Shown here in pieces: positions 10,972 through 20,566 of a stretch of 64,000 bases of DNA. Made by a program: the position numbers and the translations under genes. Positions within the stretch are counted from its first letter, which is position 1; every line of letters starts with the position of its first letter. The stretch comes from Candidatus Nomurabacteria bacterium (GTDB taxonomy: Bacteria > Patescibacteriota > Minisyncoccia > Phycocordibacterales > UBA9973), in the NCBI GenBank assembly GCA_943356675.1, contig CALRFQ010000001.1, positions 4,147 to 68,146 of the forward strand, in the 5' to 3' direction. Under the pieces are notes generated by a model, which made no database searches, had not been told where the DNA came from, and was given only the letters and a program-made list of their open reading frames with translations.

Positions 10972-11007
10972 TAAACGAAAATGCTGAACCTTTCAGGGTC
11001 CAGCATT
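10972..11007 (-). terminator. candidate rho-independent terminator downstream of 11027..11680
   Basis: AATGCTGgACC...GGTtCAGCATT hairpin followed by TTTCGTTTATT on minus strand. Confidence 0.35.
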
Positions 11008-11026
11008 ACAATAATTATGGCAATTC

Positions 11027-11680
11027 TTATGTTTTTACAAAATTCCATCTAATCCCTATTGGATACAGGAACTCCTTCTCTCTTCTTTCGAAATCGAACC
11101 TTTCGTTTATACCAAAGAGGAGATTTAGTCTTTTGTAGTTGATGCCTAGAGCAAAATTGATTTGGTCATCAATTTTTTGATTGAATTTGTTACTCGCTTC
11201 AACAAATCCATTAAAAATACCAAGTGGTAACATTTTTGTTCTGAGTTTTGCATCGATAGCAATTTCCTTCTCAAAAGAGGTAAATATGCCAACATGCAAA
11301 AACTTGAATGGTGTTTTTTCACTCAACTCTTCAAGTTCGAATTCGGCACCGATTCTAAATGGCTCCTTCTCTATGCTTGAAAAATTTTTCTGAAATGCAA
11401 GAAAAATTGGAAACTTCTTCATTCCAAACTGAATTACATTTTCAGATGTGAAAATATTTGGGTCAAAACCAAAATTAATTTGATTCTCACCTTTAATGAT
11501 CACTTTCCCTATTGGTAATCTGTACCAGATTTCCGGAAAGATTTGCTTAGTACTTGTGACCGTTAGGTCTAGTATCTCAATCTTGAATTTCTCCTCAGTG
11601 CTATCCTCTTGCGAAGATGCAATAAAAGGTGAAAAAAATAACGCAATAAGCGTCATCGCGAAGGTAAATTTTCTTGCCAT
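11027..11680 (-). CDS. hypothetical secreted protein (signal peptide)
   Basis: Start moved to MARKFTFAMTLIALFFSPFIASSQ (signal-peptide-like); beta-rich, no recognised domain. Confidence 0.45.
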   Translation of the reverse strand: MARKFTFAMTLIALFFSPFIASSQEDSTEEKFKIEILDLTVTSTKQIFPEIWYRLPIGKVIIKGENQINFGFDPNIFTSENVIQFGMKKFPIFLAFQKNFSSIEKEPFRIGAEFELEELSEKTPFKFLHVGIFTSFEKEIAIDAKLRTKMLPLGIFNGFVEASNKFNQKIDDQINFALGINYKRLNLLFGINERFDFERREKEFLYPIGIRWNFVKT

Positions 11681-11743
11681 TGTTAATAAATAATTTGAAT
11701 TTGAGAACATTATAGCAGAAAAATGACTATATGTAAATACCAA

Positions 11744-11776
11744 TAAAAATACCCTGCAAATGCAGGGTATTTTCTA
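11744..11776. terminator. rho-independent terminator after RRM-protein gene
   Basis: ACCCTGCA-AA-TGCAGGGT perfect 8-bp stem with flanking A and T runs. Confidence 0.6.
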
Positions 11777-11790
11777 ATAATACGAGAGTA

Positions 11791-12078
11791 TTATCTGTCT
11801 CCACGGAAACCACCGTTTGATGGGCGAGCTTCCATTGGGCGTGCTTCATTCACTGTAAGATTTCGACCTTCGAAATCCTTGCCGTTAAATGTTGAGATTG
11901 CAGCATCTGCGTCGCCATCATTTGTCATTTCAACGAATCCAAAGCCTTTTGATCGGCCTGTCATCTTATCCATGATAATAGTAGCACTACTAACAGCACC
12001 TGCACTCTCGAACAAGCTTTTAAGCTCATCGTTAGTAGTCTTGTAAGGAAGACCACCAACATACAATTTCTTTGCCAT
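11791..12078 (-). CDS. RNA-binding protein with single RRM domain
   Basis: 95 aa; RNP-2 LYVGGL and RNP-1 KGFGFVEM motifs, C-terminal RG-rich tail. Confidence 0.8.
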   Translation of the reverse strand: MAKKLYVGGLPYKTTNDELKSLFESAGAVSSATIIMDKMTGRSKGFGFVEMTNDGDADAAISTFNGKDFEGRNLTVNEARPMEARPSNGGFRGDR

Positions 12079-12328
12079 AATGACAATGTACTTCTCCGAA
12101 TTGTACTTACATACAAATCTTTGAAGGAAACTAATTTATAAATGTAATCGCATATGCCGATTTTCATTTACATACTTTATGTTTAACACAGCGAAGTATG
12201 AAACAAATACCAAAACCTAAGCTAACTACTAATCGTGAGTATACCACATTTGGGCAAAAAGTGGCAAGTGAACAGCAAATATTCTGCACAAGTACGACTT
12301 GTGCAGATTTGATGCAAAAAGGAAAAAA

Positions 12329-12796
12329 ATGATACAATTAGGACAAAATATAACTCCCACTCCAACCATGAAAAAGTTCATAATTATTGTTGCCTTGATA
12401 ATACTATTTATCATCGCAACTTCTTTTAAAAAGGTATTTGTGCCTAAAGCCATAATTCATTATGGTGACAATCAGACATTATTACTTCACAATAATAATG
12501 TAGCCAATCAGGAAAGCTGGCAAACTTCGTGTGGAACTTTTGCCATCATAAACTTCTGGGACCCAAAAACTAGAGATTTATTTTCAGTCTTTGCTGAGAT
12601 TAAGCAAACTGATAGTACAAAGGACTATTACGAAATTAGGCCACCTATCACTTCTAACAGATACGATTGGTGGTATGTGGAGGATATGAGAATGATTATT
12701 GATTCAGAAAACTTTGGTTTTCAGATGAAAAACTCCTTAACAGGAGATTCAATATATTATTCATATAATTGTTTTTTAAAGGAATGTGGTATGTAA
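12329..12796 (+). CDS. hypothetical membrane-anchored/secreted protein
   Basis: Start chosen at ATG 12329 (AAAGGA 5 nt upstream); an alternative start is 12368 (MKKFIIIVALIILFIIATSF). Confidence 0.4.
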   Translation: MIQLGQNITPTPTMKKFIIIVALIILFIIATSFKKVFVPKAIIHYGDNQTLLLHNNNVANQESWQTSCGTFAIINFWDPKTRDLFSVFAEIKQTDSTKDYYEIRPPITSNRYDWWYVEDMRMIIDSENFGFQMKNSLTGDSIYYSYNCFLKECGM

Positions 12797-12807
12797 CCAT
12801 CTACCCA

Positions 12808-12852
12808 AAAATAAAAAAAATACACTAACAGAAATGTTAGGGTATTTTTTTA
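12808..12852. terminator. bidirectional terminator between convergent genes
   Basis: A-run, CTAACA-GAAA-TGTTAG hairpin, T-run. Confidence 0.4.
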
Positions 12853-13824
12853 TTCCTCGTCTTCGGCTTCGCCTACGACTCCTGATGACATTGCGTCGAG
12901 GATTTTATCGATTTTGCCAGACATAATTCCGGGGATGTTGGACCATGATTGGCGGATACGGTGATCTGTAACGCGGTCTTGTGGGAAGTTGTATGTGCGA
13001 ATCTTCTCACTTCTATCCCCCGTTCCTATTTGGCCTTTGCGATCTGCAGAATATTTCTTGGCTTCTTCTTCATCCTTTAAGACTTGTAATTTTGCCATAA
13101 GGATAATCATAGCTTGCTCGCGGTTCCCAAGCTGGTTTCTCTCTGTAGTACATCTCACATCTATGCCTGTGGGTTTGTGGATAAGGCGCACTGCTGTCTC
13201 CACCTTGTTCACGTTCTGTCCGCCTGCACCTCCTGCTCGAGAATATTCCATATCAATATCAGCCGGATTGATTTCAATTTTAGATTTCTTACGGAGTGGA
13301 AGAATTGCCACTGATGCAGTGGATGTATGTATGCGCCCGTTCTTCTCAGTAGCGGGAATTCTCTGCACACGGTGCACGCCAGTCTCATATCGAAGTAGTT
13401 TATACACATCCTTACCTCTAATTTCAAAAGATGCTTCTTTGTATCCACCCACTTCATTCATAGATTCGTTTAAGGTTTTCGAAGACCAGCCCTTAGCTTC
13501 AGCATATAGCTCATACATATGTGCGAGCTCGTATGCGAAGAGTGACGCTTCGTCGCCTCCTGCACCAGCGCGAACTTCTAGAATTATTTCATTTGGAAAT
13601 TCTTCCTCCTCTTTTTCAGACTTTTGCATTTCTTCAATTTGGCGCTCCAAGCCTTCTTTTTGGAAAGTAATATTCTGAAGTTCTTCCACAGCGAGCTCTT
13701 TCATGCTCTCATCTTCTGCCACCATATCATTAATCTTCTTTTCTTCAGACAAAAGACGCTCGTATTCATTTGCGAGGTAGCTTGTCTTGTGATTCTTTTT
13801 TAATTCTTCTAAATCGAAGTTCAT
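12850..13824 (-). CDS. prfA: peptide chain release factor 1
   Basis: 324 aa; GGQ motif ([12 protein letters not shown]) and PAT tripeptide (RF1-type PxT). Confidence 0.9.
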   Translation of the reverse strand: MNFDLEELKKNHKTSYLANEYERLLSEEKKINDMVAEDESMKELAVEELQNITFQKEGLERQIEEMQKSEKEEEEFPNEIILEVRAGAGGDEASLFAYELAHMYELYAEAKGWSSKTLNESMNEVGGYKEASFEIRGKDVYKLLRYETGVHRVQRIPATEKNGRIHTSTASVAILPLRKKSKIEINPADIDMEYSRAGGAGGQNVNKVETAVRLIHKPTGIDVRCTTERNQLGNREQAMIILMAKLQVLKDEEEAKKYSADRKGQIGTGDRSEKIRTYNFPQDRVTDHRIRQSWSNIPGIMSGKIDKILDAMSSGVVGEAEDEE

Positions 13825-13891
13825 ATATTTATTCTACCTCACCCCCTACCCCCTCTCCAAATTTTTCAAATTTAGCGAGGGGAAAAAGAAA

Positions 13892-14034
13892 ATCCCAAAT
13901 TAGTTCTTAAGAAATGCCTTGCGCAGAAGCTTAGAAAATAAATGAGGTAGTCTGATTACTATTTTCTTGAGCGACGAGCAGAGAAATTTTCTAAAAAGAA
14001 AATATTCGTGCATTTCGAGAGAAGCTAATTGGGA
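13892..14034. repeat. intercistronic inverted-repeat element, divergent member of the ATCCCRTTAG family (between rpmE and prfA)
   Basis: Arms AAAATCCCAAATTAGTTCTtaaGAAATGC (13889..13918) and GCATTTCGAGAGAAGCTAATTGGGATTTT (14009..14037), about 27/30 complementary. Confidence 0.6.
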
Positions 14035-14042
14035 TTTTATAG

Positions 14043-14261
14043 CTATTTTTTAGTTTTAGTGCCGGCTGCTGCGCGCTTCTTGAAGCGGTCCACACGTCCT
14101 GCTGTGTCGAGGACCTTTTCGTTACCAGTATAGAATGGGTGGCATTGACTGCAGATTTCCACAGCGATTGTATCCATAGTTGAACCAACAGTAAATTTCG
14201 CTCCACATGCGCAAGTGATAGCTGATGCTAAGTTGTATTTTGGGTGTATTTCTTTCTTCAT
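14043..14261 (-). CDS. rpmE: 50S ribosomal protein L31 (Zn-ribbon type)
   Basis: 72 aa; MKKEIHPKY start, CxC...CxxC cysteines. Confidence 0.85.
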   Translation of the reverse strand: MKKEIHPKYNLASAITCACGAKFTVGSTMDTIAVEICSQCHPFYTGNEKVLDTAGRVDRFKKRAAAGTKTKK

Positions 14262-14285
14262 AAAAGCTATATTAGCACAGGTTTA

Positions 14286-15638
14286 TTAGTTTTGCAATAC
14301 GTCTATCATAGTAGTTTGGATCTTTGTAGCCTTGGCCATCACCTGCTTTCCGTAAGCACAAGAAGTGCCTCCAGTGCCATAGTATTTACACGCAGCCTTG
14401 ATTTCCGCAGTATAGCTACCGTTTACACCTCCAAGCTCCTTAAGGAATAAGGCTGAAGCCATAAAGGCGTCCGGAGCATTCCAAGGGTCAGGGTTTGCTT
14501 TGCCAAGTGCAGCAGATATCTTCTTTTTCATGCCCATCCATGTGGAAGGAATGAATTGTGCAGGTCCCATGGCTCCGCCCCAGCTACTTGTTCCTGCAGA
14601 TGCTATAGGGCAAGAAACTAGTGTCTTGTATGGGTCACGCCCTGCACCCGTCGCTATTTCTATGAATGGTCCCACATCGCGAGATGGCTTCATTACATTT
14701 GGGAAAGTTTTGCCGCTTCGTGAGCTCACTCCTGCACCGGTTTCTTGGTTTGTGAGGTAGCAGGAACCTTGGTCAGTTCCTAGGTTACTTTCCTGTGTGA
14801 TAATTGCGAGTATGAATGCTACTCGAACTCCAGTGATTTTGCTTGCAGAGTTTGCATAGTCGAGCGCACGGCCGAATGGGATGGCTCCTGTGTCACGCAA
14901 GTTGAAAAGTACGGCAAGAATTTCTGCACGACGCTTGGCTTTGTCCGCAAGAACTTTATTGTATTCAGATTCTTTATTTTTACTTATTGAAAGGAGTTGC
15001 TGTTTATCCTTTTCATTTGTCTCAACTTTTTTCTTTTCATTTTCGAGTGCTACTTTCACATCTATAGCTTGATTCTTCTTTTGCTCAAGAGCCTTCTTCT
15101 CTGCTTCTGTCTCAGTACGGTCACCACGGATTAGGTCTACAGATTTCTTTATCGCACCCTTTAGTGAATTGAAATTATCCACATCACTATAAGTGTCTGA
15201 TAAGCTATTCCTAGAAAGTAGGAGTGACACCATCGATATCTCATCTATCTCTCTATTCTTTCTTATAAGCTGTGAGAGTGATTCCTTTTCAAGCTCGATC
15301 TTCTCTGTGAGAGTCTGAATAGTGCTGTTCTTCTGGGTTATTTCCCCACCGAGCTTAGTGATCTGGAGGTTCTTAGACTTTATGTCGAGCTTAGACTTCG
15401 CTATCTGAGTAGTGAGTATGGCTATGTCGCGTGAAAGTGAAGTGGACTGGCCTTTCTGCGCAGAAAGCTCCTTTTGTTTTTGAGCGATCTCTTGCTCGAG
15501 TCCTGAGAGCTCTGATTCTAGGCGCGCTCTGTCTGCCTGTGCTTGGTCGAGCTCAGCGCTGGCAAAAGAAATATGTGCGCTAGAGAGTAGCATACACAAA
15601 ATCAAAATACCCGTTATAAAATTATTTCTAAAACGCAT
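14286..15638 (-). CDS. secreted coiled-coil protein with C-terminal lytic-transglycosylase-like (MltB/GH23-like) domain
   Basis: 450 aa; signal peptide, about 230 aa heptad-rich region, then AIITQESN and SWGGAMGPAQFIPSTW motifs. Confidence 0.6.
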   Translation of the reverse strand: MRFRNNFITGILILCMLLSSAHISFASAELDQAQADRARLESELSGLEQEIAQKQKELSAQKGQSTSLSRDIAILTTQIAKSKLDIKSKNLQITKLGGEITQKNSTIQTLTEKIELEKESLSQLIRKNREIDEISMVSLLLSRNSLSDTYSDVDNFNSLKGAIKKSVDLIRGDRTETEAEKKALEQKKNQAIDVKVALENEKKKVETNEKDKQQLLSISKNKESEYNKVLADKAKRRAEILAVLFNLRDTGAIPFGRALDYANSASKITGVRVAFILAIITQESNLGTDQGSCYLTNQETGAGVSSRSGKTFPNVMKPSRDVGPFIEIATGAGRDPYKTLVSCPIASAGTSSWGGAMGPAQFIPSTWMGMKKKISAALGKANPDPWNAPDAFMASALFLKELGGVNGSYTAEIKAACKYYGTGGTSCAYGKQVMAKATKIQTTMIDVLQN

Positions 15639-15702
15639 TTACTTATTATAGCATAAGAAAACCCATACAGAATGTGTATGGGTTTTCTTTATCAAAATTA
15701 AA

Positions 15703-16347
15703 TTATTTTGCTTCTTCTCCTGCACCTTCCTCTTCTTTCTTACCTTTCTTCTCAACTTCAATAGCTGATAGGTCTACTGGTGCTGCCTCCTCTTCCTTCT
15801 CAGCCTTTGCTGGAGCTACGAGAGCGACAACTTCCATACCATCAGTGAGTAATGTAATTCCAGCTGGAAGTACGATATCTTTAGCGTGAATTTGGTCTGC
15901 AAGAGTTGCAAGTGGTGAGATGTCCACAGCGATAGTGTGAGGAAGATCTTTTGGAAGACCCTTGATCTCTACTTCGTGAAGTACTTTCATAAGTGATCCT
16001 AGTCCTGATTTCTCAGCTTGTGATACACCTGTGAATTCGAGCTCAATACTAACCTCGATTGGCTTGTTCATATCCACTGCTAGGAAGTCTGCGTGAAGCG
16101 GATGGCTCTTTACAGGGTCGAACTGTACGTCATGAATGAGTACGTCTACTTTCTTACCTTCGATATCGACTACTAATGTGCTTGATTCCCCTGCGTCCTT
16201 GAAAGCTTTGATGAAGTCGATGCTAGAGACAGAGATTGGGGTATTCTCCACGCTAGCGCCATAGACAACAGCTGGGATCATGCCTTTTGCACGCACGTCA
16301 CTAAGCTTGTCTGTCTTACTTCGCTTTGTTGCGATTAATGTTTTCAT
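15703..16347 (-). CDS. rplY: 50S ribosomal protein L25 / general stress protein Ctc
   Basis: 214 aa; L25 fold signature plus acidic C-terminal tail. Confidence 0.85.
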   Translation of the reverse strand: MKTLIATKRSKTDKLSDVRAKGMIPAVVYGASVENTPISVSSIDFIKAFKDAGESSTLVVDIEGKKVDVLIHDVQFDPVKSHPLHADFLAVDMNKPIEVSIELEFTGVSQAEKSGLGSLMKVLHEVEIKGLPKDLPHTIAVDISPLATLADQIHAKDIVLPAGITLLTDGMEVVALVAPAKAEKEEEAAPVDLSAIEVEKKGKKEEEGAGEEAK

Positions 16348-16412
16348 AGGTCAAATCCTAGCATAAAATCTCATTTTGGGCAAATGCTAGTAGCCATAAT
16401 ATACATACAGTA

Positions 16413-16441
16413 TTGACTTTACTATCTACTTCTGCTATAAT
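16413..16441 (+). promoter_or_regulatory. sigma70-like promoter TTGACT-N17-TATAAT
   Basis: TTGACT at 16413..16418, 17-nt spacer, TATAAT at 16436..16441, 36 nt upstream of ATG 16478. Confidence 0.5.
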
Positions 16442-16477
16442 GTGCAAAATTTCTATAACAATCTAAATTCTTTTATT

Positions 16478-16894
16478 ATGCTTAAAAAAAATCAAATCCA
16501 GTATTATCTGGCAATCGCTTTGATGGCTACCGCAGCTCTATTTCCACTAATTGCTGTATTTTTCCCACACTCGCAATTTGTTAATAATGACATTTACATG
16601 GCGGTACTATCTGTGTCTGGAATTATGGGAATAACTGGTGGCTATTTCTTAGGTCAACATCATTTTCAGAAAGTAATTAAAAATACTTATGAGATTGATG
16701 ATTTTAGTGACGGGACTAAATTCACAGTTCTCAGCTTAAATACAGAACTAACTGAAACCCCCGCCGGTGAGTATGCTAAAGTTCAAGCTGAAAAAAGAGG
16801 AGAAACAATTGATTGTACCCTTCATCTTAAAAAACCAAATGCATTAGTAAATATGGTTTATTTTAAAATTCAAGGTCGCCTCTTTGTAGAGTAG
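16478..16894 (+). CDS. hypothetical membrane protein
   Basis: Start moved to ATG 16478 (MLKKNQIQYY...) because the track start overlaps the -10 box; 2 TM helices. Confidence 0.45.
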   Translation: MLKKNQIQYYLAIALMATAALFPLIAVFFPHSQFVNNDIYMAVLSVSGIMGITGGYFLGQHHFQKVIKNTYEIDDFSDGTKFTVLSLNTELTETPAGEYAKVQAEKRGETIDCTLHLKKPNALVNMVYFKIQGRLFVE

Positions 16895-16904
16895 ATGGTT
16901 TAAA

Positions 16905-16943
16905 TGAAAAAAGAGCTTAGTCTTTACTAAGCTCTTTTTTTTT
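16905..16943 (+). terminator. rho-independent terminator
   Basis: AAGAGCTTAGT-CTTT-ACTAAGCTCTT perfect 11-bp stem followed by T9. Confidence 0.7.
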
Positions 16944-17029
16944 GTACCCAAATATTGCTATATATTTTAAATTAGTGGTATTATTAAGGTAATAGTTTTC
17001 TCTAATTTTGAACCTTAATAATCGTTATC

Positions 17030-17371
17030 ATGAACCAATCAAATTCATCTAAAGTAATTTTATACTTGCTTACAAGTGTATTATTCATCTTACTGTCTGT
17101 ATCTTATTTCCCTAATTTGAAGGGAATAACCTTAACTCTTCTTGCAACAGTATTTGCTGTTATGTCTATTGTAGAATTTGGTGCAAATGTATTCCCGTAT
17201 GCATTGTTACCAATTTTCATACACCTTATGTACCTTGCGATATGTTACTTGTTTAAGGATCAGTGGCCAATGTATCACCTGATCAGAATAAGTTGCATAT
17301 TTTCTACACTTGTACTTGTGCTAGGATGGTCATATGCACTATCCACTCCTAAATTAAAGATTTCTTCATAA
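17030..17371 (+). CDS. hypothetical membrane protein (3-4 TM)
   Basis: 113-aa hydrophobic ORF followed by terminator. Confidence 0.45.
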   Translation: MNQSNSSKVILYLLTSVLFILLSVSYFPNLKGITLTLLATVFAVMSIVEFGANVFPYALLPIFIHLMYLAICYLFKDQWPMYHLIRISCIFSTLVLVLGWSYALSTPKLKISS

Positions 17372-17385
17372 TTGATAATTTCGAC

Positions 17386-17425
17386 ACAAAAATAAGCATC
17401 CCGAATGATGCTTATTTTACTTTTT
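17386..17425. terminator. bidirectional terminator
   Basis: AAGCATC-CCGAAT-GATGCTT hairpin between A-run and T-runs. Confidence 0.5.
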
Positions 17426-17428
17426 ATA

Positions 17429-19186
17429 TTATATTTTATGAGACTGACTATGACCCTCGTCTATGATATGAGTCTTTATGTATTCCTCAGTTCCCGCTCC
17501 ACTCTCCCCTAGTGCAACTTTTTTACCAGGATTGAAAATGTTTTTTGGATCAAAAATTTTCTTTGTTTCCACAAATAATCCATAAATTCCTTCACCATAC
17601 ATTTGCTTGAGGAATGGTGTGCGGATGAGTCCGTCATTGTGCTCAGCAGTAGTCGAGCCTTTGTATTCTAGGACTAGGTCATAAACTTTCTTGGATAAAT
17701 CTAAAATAATTTTTGAAGTATTTACATCCTTGAAATCCATAAGCGGGATAATATGGAAGTTTCCATTACCAGCATGGCCTGCGATGGTGTAAGTAATCGG
17801 ATATATATTTAGTATCTTCTGCAGTTTAGGAAGGAATTCTGGGAGTGTCTCTGGTCGGACTACGATATCGTCGATAAATGGTGCTGTGTGCTTGTCCTTC
17901 ACATGTTTGCGGAGTAGTGCGAAACTCTCACGACGGATATCCCAGTACTTATTTGCGTCAGTTTTACTTCTTGTAATTCTGGCATTGAAATTAAAAGGAG
18001 CAACTTTCTCAATTAGTTTCTTTGCATCTTTTGTAATTTCCTTTTCACTATCACCTGCAAATTCCACAAGCAAGATTAGCTTAGGCATTCCGCTTGTAAG
18101 CATCATTATAGCCTCAGGCCAGAAGCTCCACATAAAACGGAGCATTCCCCACAATCCTTTATTCTTCAAAAAGTCTGGGAAGAATTTAATAGCGAGCTTC
18201 ATTGTGGCATCGTCATAACTCTCGATACTTTCTGGGTTGAATGGCAAGATAGTGTCCACAAGTTCTCCGAGGCGAGATAAATCCTTCATGAATATTACAG
18301 CGAGCTTACTTTCCTTCTTAACATCTACTAAGTGAAATGTTGCTTCTGTCACTATTCCAAATGTACCTTGTGAGCCTACAATAAGCTTAGGTAGGTCGAA
18401 GACTTCAGTCTCAGGGTTCCAAACATTCCATAAGAAGTATCCAGCAGAATTTTTTGAAACATTTGGCTTAGCTTTTTCAATCTCTGCAAAATTATCTTTA
18501 ATAAGTGCATATAGGTTTTTGTATAAATCACCTTCATAGTCACCTTGAGCAATTTTTGCATAAAGTTCTTTCTTGGAAAGTGAGCTCACTGTGTATTCGC
18601 GTCCATCAGAAAGTACAATCTTCACTTCTTTTAAGTAATCTTCTGTTTTTCCGTAGTTTAGAGTCTTCTCACCAGCAGAATTATTGCCCACCATACCACC
18701 CATAGCATTTATACTCTTCGATGCTGTGTAGCAAGGGAGCAATAAATTCTCTTTGAGTGTAGCCATTTCGAAATCTCGATAGAAGCATCCGGGCATAACT
18801 ATCCCACTACCTGTTATTTTTACATTATGAGCATTTGGATACTTCGGAAGTATTTCAAATGGTGTAACTCTTTCCACACTTTTGATTTCATTCATATACT
18901 TTGTGAAATCTAGTATTATTGATTCACCAATTGCTCCGCCAGCCATGCATGTGCCAGCTGAGCGTGCTGTAATAGAATATTTACCACCTTTAACATTTTC
19001 TTCATTTACCCACTTCACCAAATTACATACATCTTCTTTATTTTTTGGGAAAATTACAACTTCAGGCCTTACTTCAAGTAAGCTAGCATCGCGGGAGTAT
19101 TTTGTAAGCACTTCGTCACTATTTTCTACATCACCTTTAATAAAATTTTTGAGTTCTTTTGCTAATTCCATGCATATAGTATACAC
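17429..19186 (-). CDS. FAD-binding oxidoreductase (FAD-linked oxidase/GlcD/D-lactate dehydrogenase family)
   Basis: 585 aa; FAD-binding PCMH-type region near N-terminus, C-terminal oxidase domain. Confidence 0.7.
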   Translation of the reverse strand: MYTICMELAKELKNFIKGDVENSDEVLTKYSRDASLLEVRPEVVIFPKNKEDVCNLVKWVNEENVKGGKYSITARSAGTCMAGGAIGESIILDFTKYMNEIKSVERVTPFEILPKYPNAHNVKITGSGIVMPGCFYRDFEMATLKENLLLPCYTASKSINAMGGMVGNNSAGEKTLNYGKTEDYLKEVKIVLSDGREYTVSSLSKKELYAKIAQGDYEGDLYKNLYALIKDNFAEIEKAKPNVSKNSAGYFLWNVWNPETEVFDLPKLIVGSQGTFGIVTEATFHLVDVKKESKLAVIFMKDLSRLGELVDTILPFNPESIESYDDATMKLAIKFFPDFLKNKGLWGMLRFMWSFWPEAIMMLTSGMPKLILLVEFAGDSEKEITKDAKKLIEKVAPFNFNARITRSKTDANKYWDIRRESFALLRKHVKDKHTAPFIDDIVVRPETLPEFLPKLQKILNIYPITYTIAGHAGNGNFHIIPLMDFKDVNTSKIILDLSKKVYDLVLEYKGSTTAEHNDGLIRTPFLKQMYGEGIYGLFVETKKIFDPKNIFNPGKKVALGESGAGTEEYIKTHIIDEGHSQSHKI

Positions 19187-19228
19187 CTTTTATATATTAT
19201 TGATAAGTTTTAGACTTCGTGCTTGCTA

Positions 19229-19246
19229 TGGTATAATCTCTGCATG
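19229..19246 (+). promoter_or_regulatory. extended -10 promoter fused to start (TGGTATAAT-CTCTGC-ATG), leaderless
   Basis: TGgTATAAT at 19229..19237, ATG at 19244. Confidence 0.45.
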
Positions 19247-20233
19247 AAGCATATACAATTTTTAGGTTTAGGAGATATTGTGACTGATGTTTTTATTACA
19301 TTAAAGGATGCCACAGTAAATTGTGATATAGATAATCATAATTGTAAATTGTGCGTAGACTTCGGTGCGAAGATACCTTATGAAGATGCTACAGAAGTGC
19401 AAGCTGTGGGTAACAGTGCCAATGCTACTGTATCCGCATCACGCTTAGGACTTTCATCGGCTCTTGTTGTAGGTATCGGTAAGGATTTTCATGGCGACAA
19501 CTGTATCACAGCTCTAAAGAAAGAAAATATTGATACAAGTTATATTTCAGTATCAAGTGAATACCCTACAAACTATCACTATGTACTTAAATACGGCCCA
19601 GAGAGAACTATCCTCGTGAAGCATGCTCCATTTCTTTACACACTTCCAGAAGATGCGACTGTAGATATGCTCTATTTTAGCTCTATCGGCTCACATGCTA
19701 TAGCATTCCACGATGAAGTAGTTAAATGGCTTGCTAAGCACCCTGAAACAAAGATGGCTTTCCAGCCAGGTACTTTCCAGATCATTGCTGGTAAGGAAAA
19801 GTTGGCAGAAGTATACAAAAATACATATTTATTTTTCTGTAATGTGGAAGAAGCTCAAACTATTCTCGGAACACAAGAGAAAGATATAAAGAAATTGCAC
19901 GATATGATGCGTGCATTAGGACCAAAATATATCGTAATCACAGATGGGCCAAATGGTCTTACTGGTAGTGATGGAGAAAAATACTATAGTCTTCCAATGT
20001 ATCCTGATGAAAAGCCTCCCTTTGATCGCACAGGAGCTGGTGATGCTACATCTTCTACTATTGCAGCAATGATGGCCCAAGGACTTCCATTTACTGAGGC
20101 ATTAAGATATGGACCTATAAATTCTATGAGCGTAGTGATGTATATGGGTGCACAAGCAGGACTACTTCCTAAAGAAAAGATTGAAGAGTATTTAGCAAAA
20201 GCTCCAGCAAGTTATATAGTTACTGAAATTTAA
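19244..20233 (+). CDS. PfkB-family carbohydrate kinase (ribokinase-like)
   Basis: Start moved to ATG 19244 (track start is TTG inside the -10 box); GAGDATSS anion-hole motif near C-terminus. Confidence 0.75.
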   Translation: MKHIQFLGLGDIVTDVFITLKDATVNCDIDNHNCKLCVDFGAKIPYEDATEVQAVGNSANATVSASRLGLSSALVVGIGKDFHGDNCITALKKENIDTSYISVSSEYPTNYHYVLKYGPERTILVKHAPFLYTLPEDATVDMLYFSSIGSHAIAFHDEVVKWLAKHPETKMAFQPGTFQIIAGKEKLAEVYKNTYLFFCNVEEAQTILGTQEKDIKKLHDMMRALGPKYIVITDGPNGLTGSDGEKYYSLPMYPDEKPPFDRTGAGDATSSTIAAMMAQGLPFTEALRYGPINSMSVVMYMGAQAGLLPKEKIEEYLAKAPASYIVTEI

Positions 20234-20245
20234 TTATTTAAAATG

Positions 20246-20279
20246 ATAAAAAGCACGGGACTTATCCTGTGCTTTTTAG
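20246..20279. terminator. bidirectional terminator
   Basis: AGCACGGGA-CTTA-TCCtGTGCT hairpin between A-run and T-run. Confidence 0.5.
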
Positions 20280-20506
20280 TGATAGTTTTGCCTTTTTTCA
20301 GCAATTTTAAATGCTTGATCTAGAGCTTCAACTGGATTTAGTATTTTATTTACCAATTTAGACTTTATTGTTTCGAATGCTACTCTTTCGAAATCTGCGG
20401 CACCTTCAGTGAGAGCCTCTTGTTCCATCTCAGAGATTCTATTGTATGCTTCAGAGCTCGTTGGTAATATACTATCCTCTCGTGGTACTTGTTTTTCTAT
20501 TTTCAT
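20276..20506 (-). CDS. hypothetical small protein
   Basis: 76-aa ORF downstream of tkt on the same strand; no motif. Confidence 0.3.
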   Translation of the reverse strand: MKIEKQVPREDSILPTSSEAYNRISEMEQEALTEGAADFERVAFETIKSKLVNKILNPVEALDQAFKIAEKRQNYH

Positions 20507-20566
20507 ATATTGTTCTTTTTTATATTATTATAATACTTTTCTGATAAATCTGCACTAAAAATATAT

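Noticed and set aside
12229-12453. Minus-strand 74-aa ORF
   Set aside because: It overlaps the 5' region and start of the plus-strand gene 12329..12796 and the 10-bp hairpin. It has no start context and is likely spurious.
13826-13860. G-quadruplex-like tract GGGGGTAGGGGGTGAGG (mRNA strand) in the prfA leader
   Set aside because: It has only two long G-runs plus short ones, so it is insufficient for a confident G4 call. It may simply be a purine-rich leader. It is mentioned in the rpmE-prfA finding instead.
16348-16412. SOS-box-like TACTGTATGTATATATTAT upstream of rplY
   Set aside because: Only the first half of a CTGT-N8-ACAG LexA box is present. There is no dyad partner and no lexA context.
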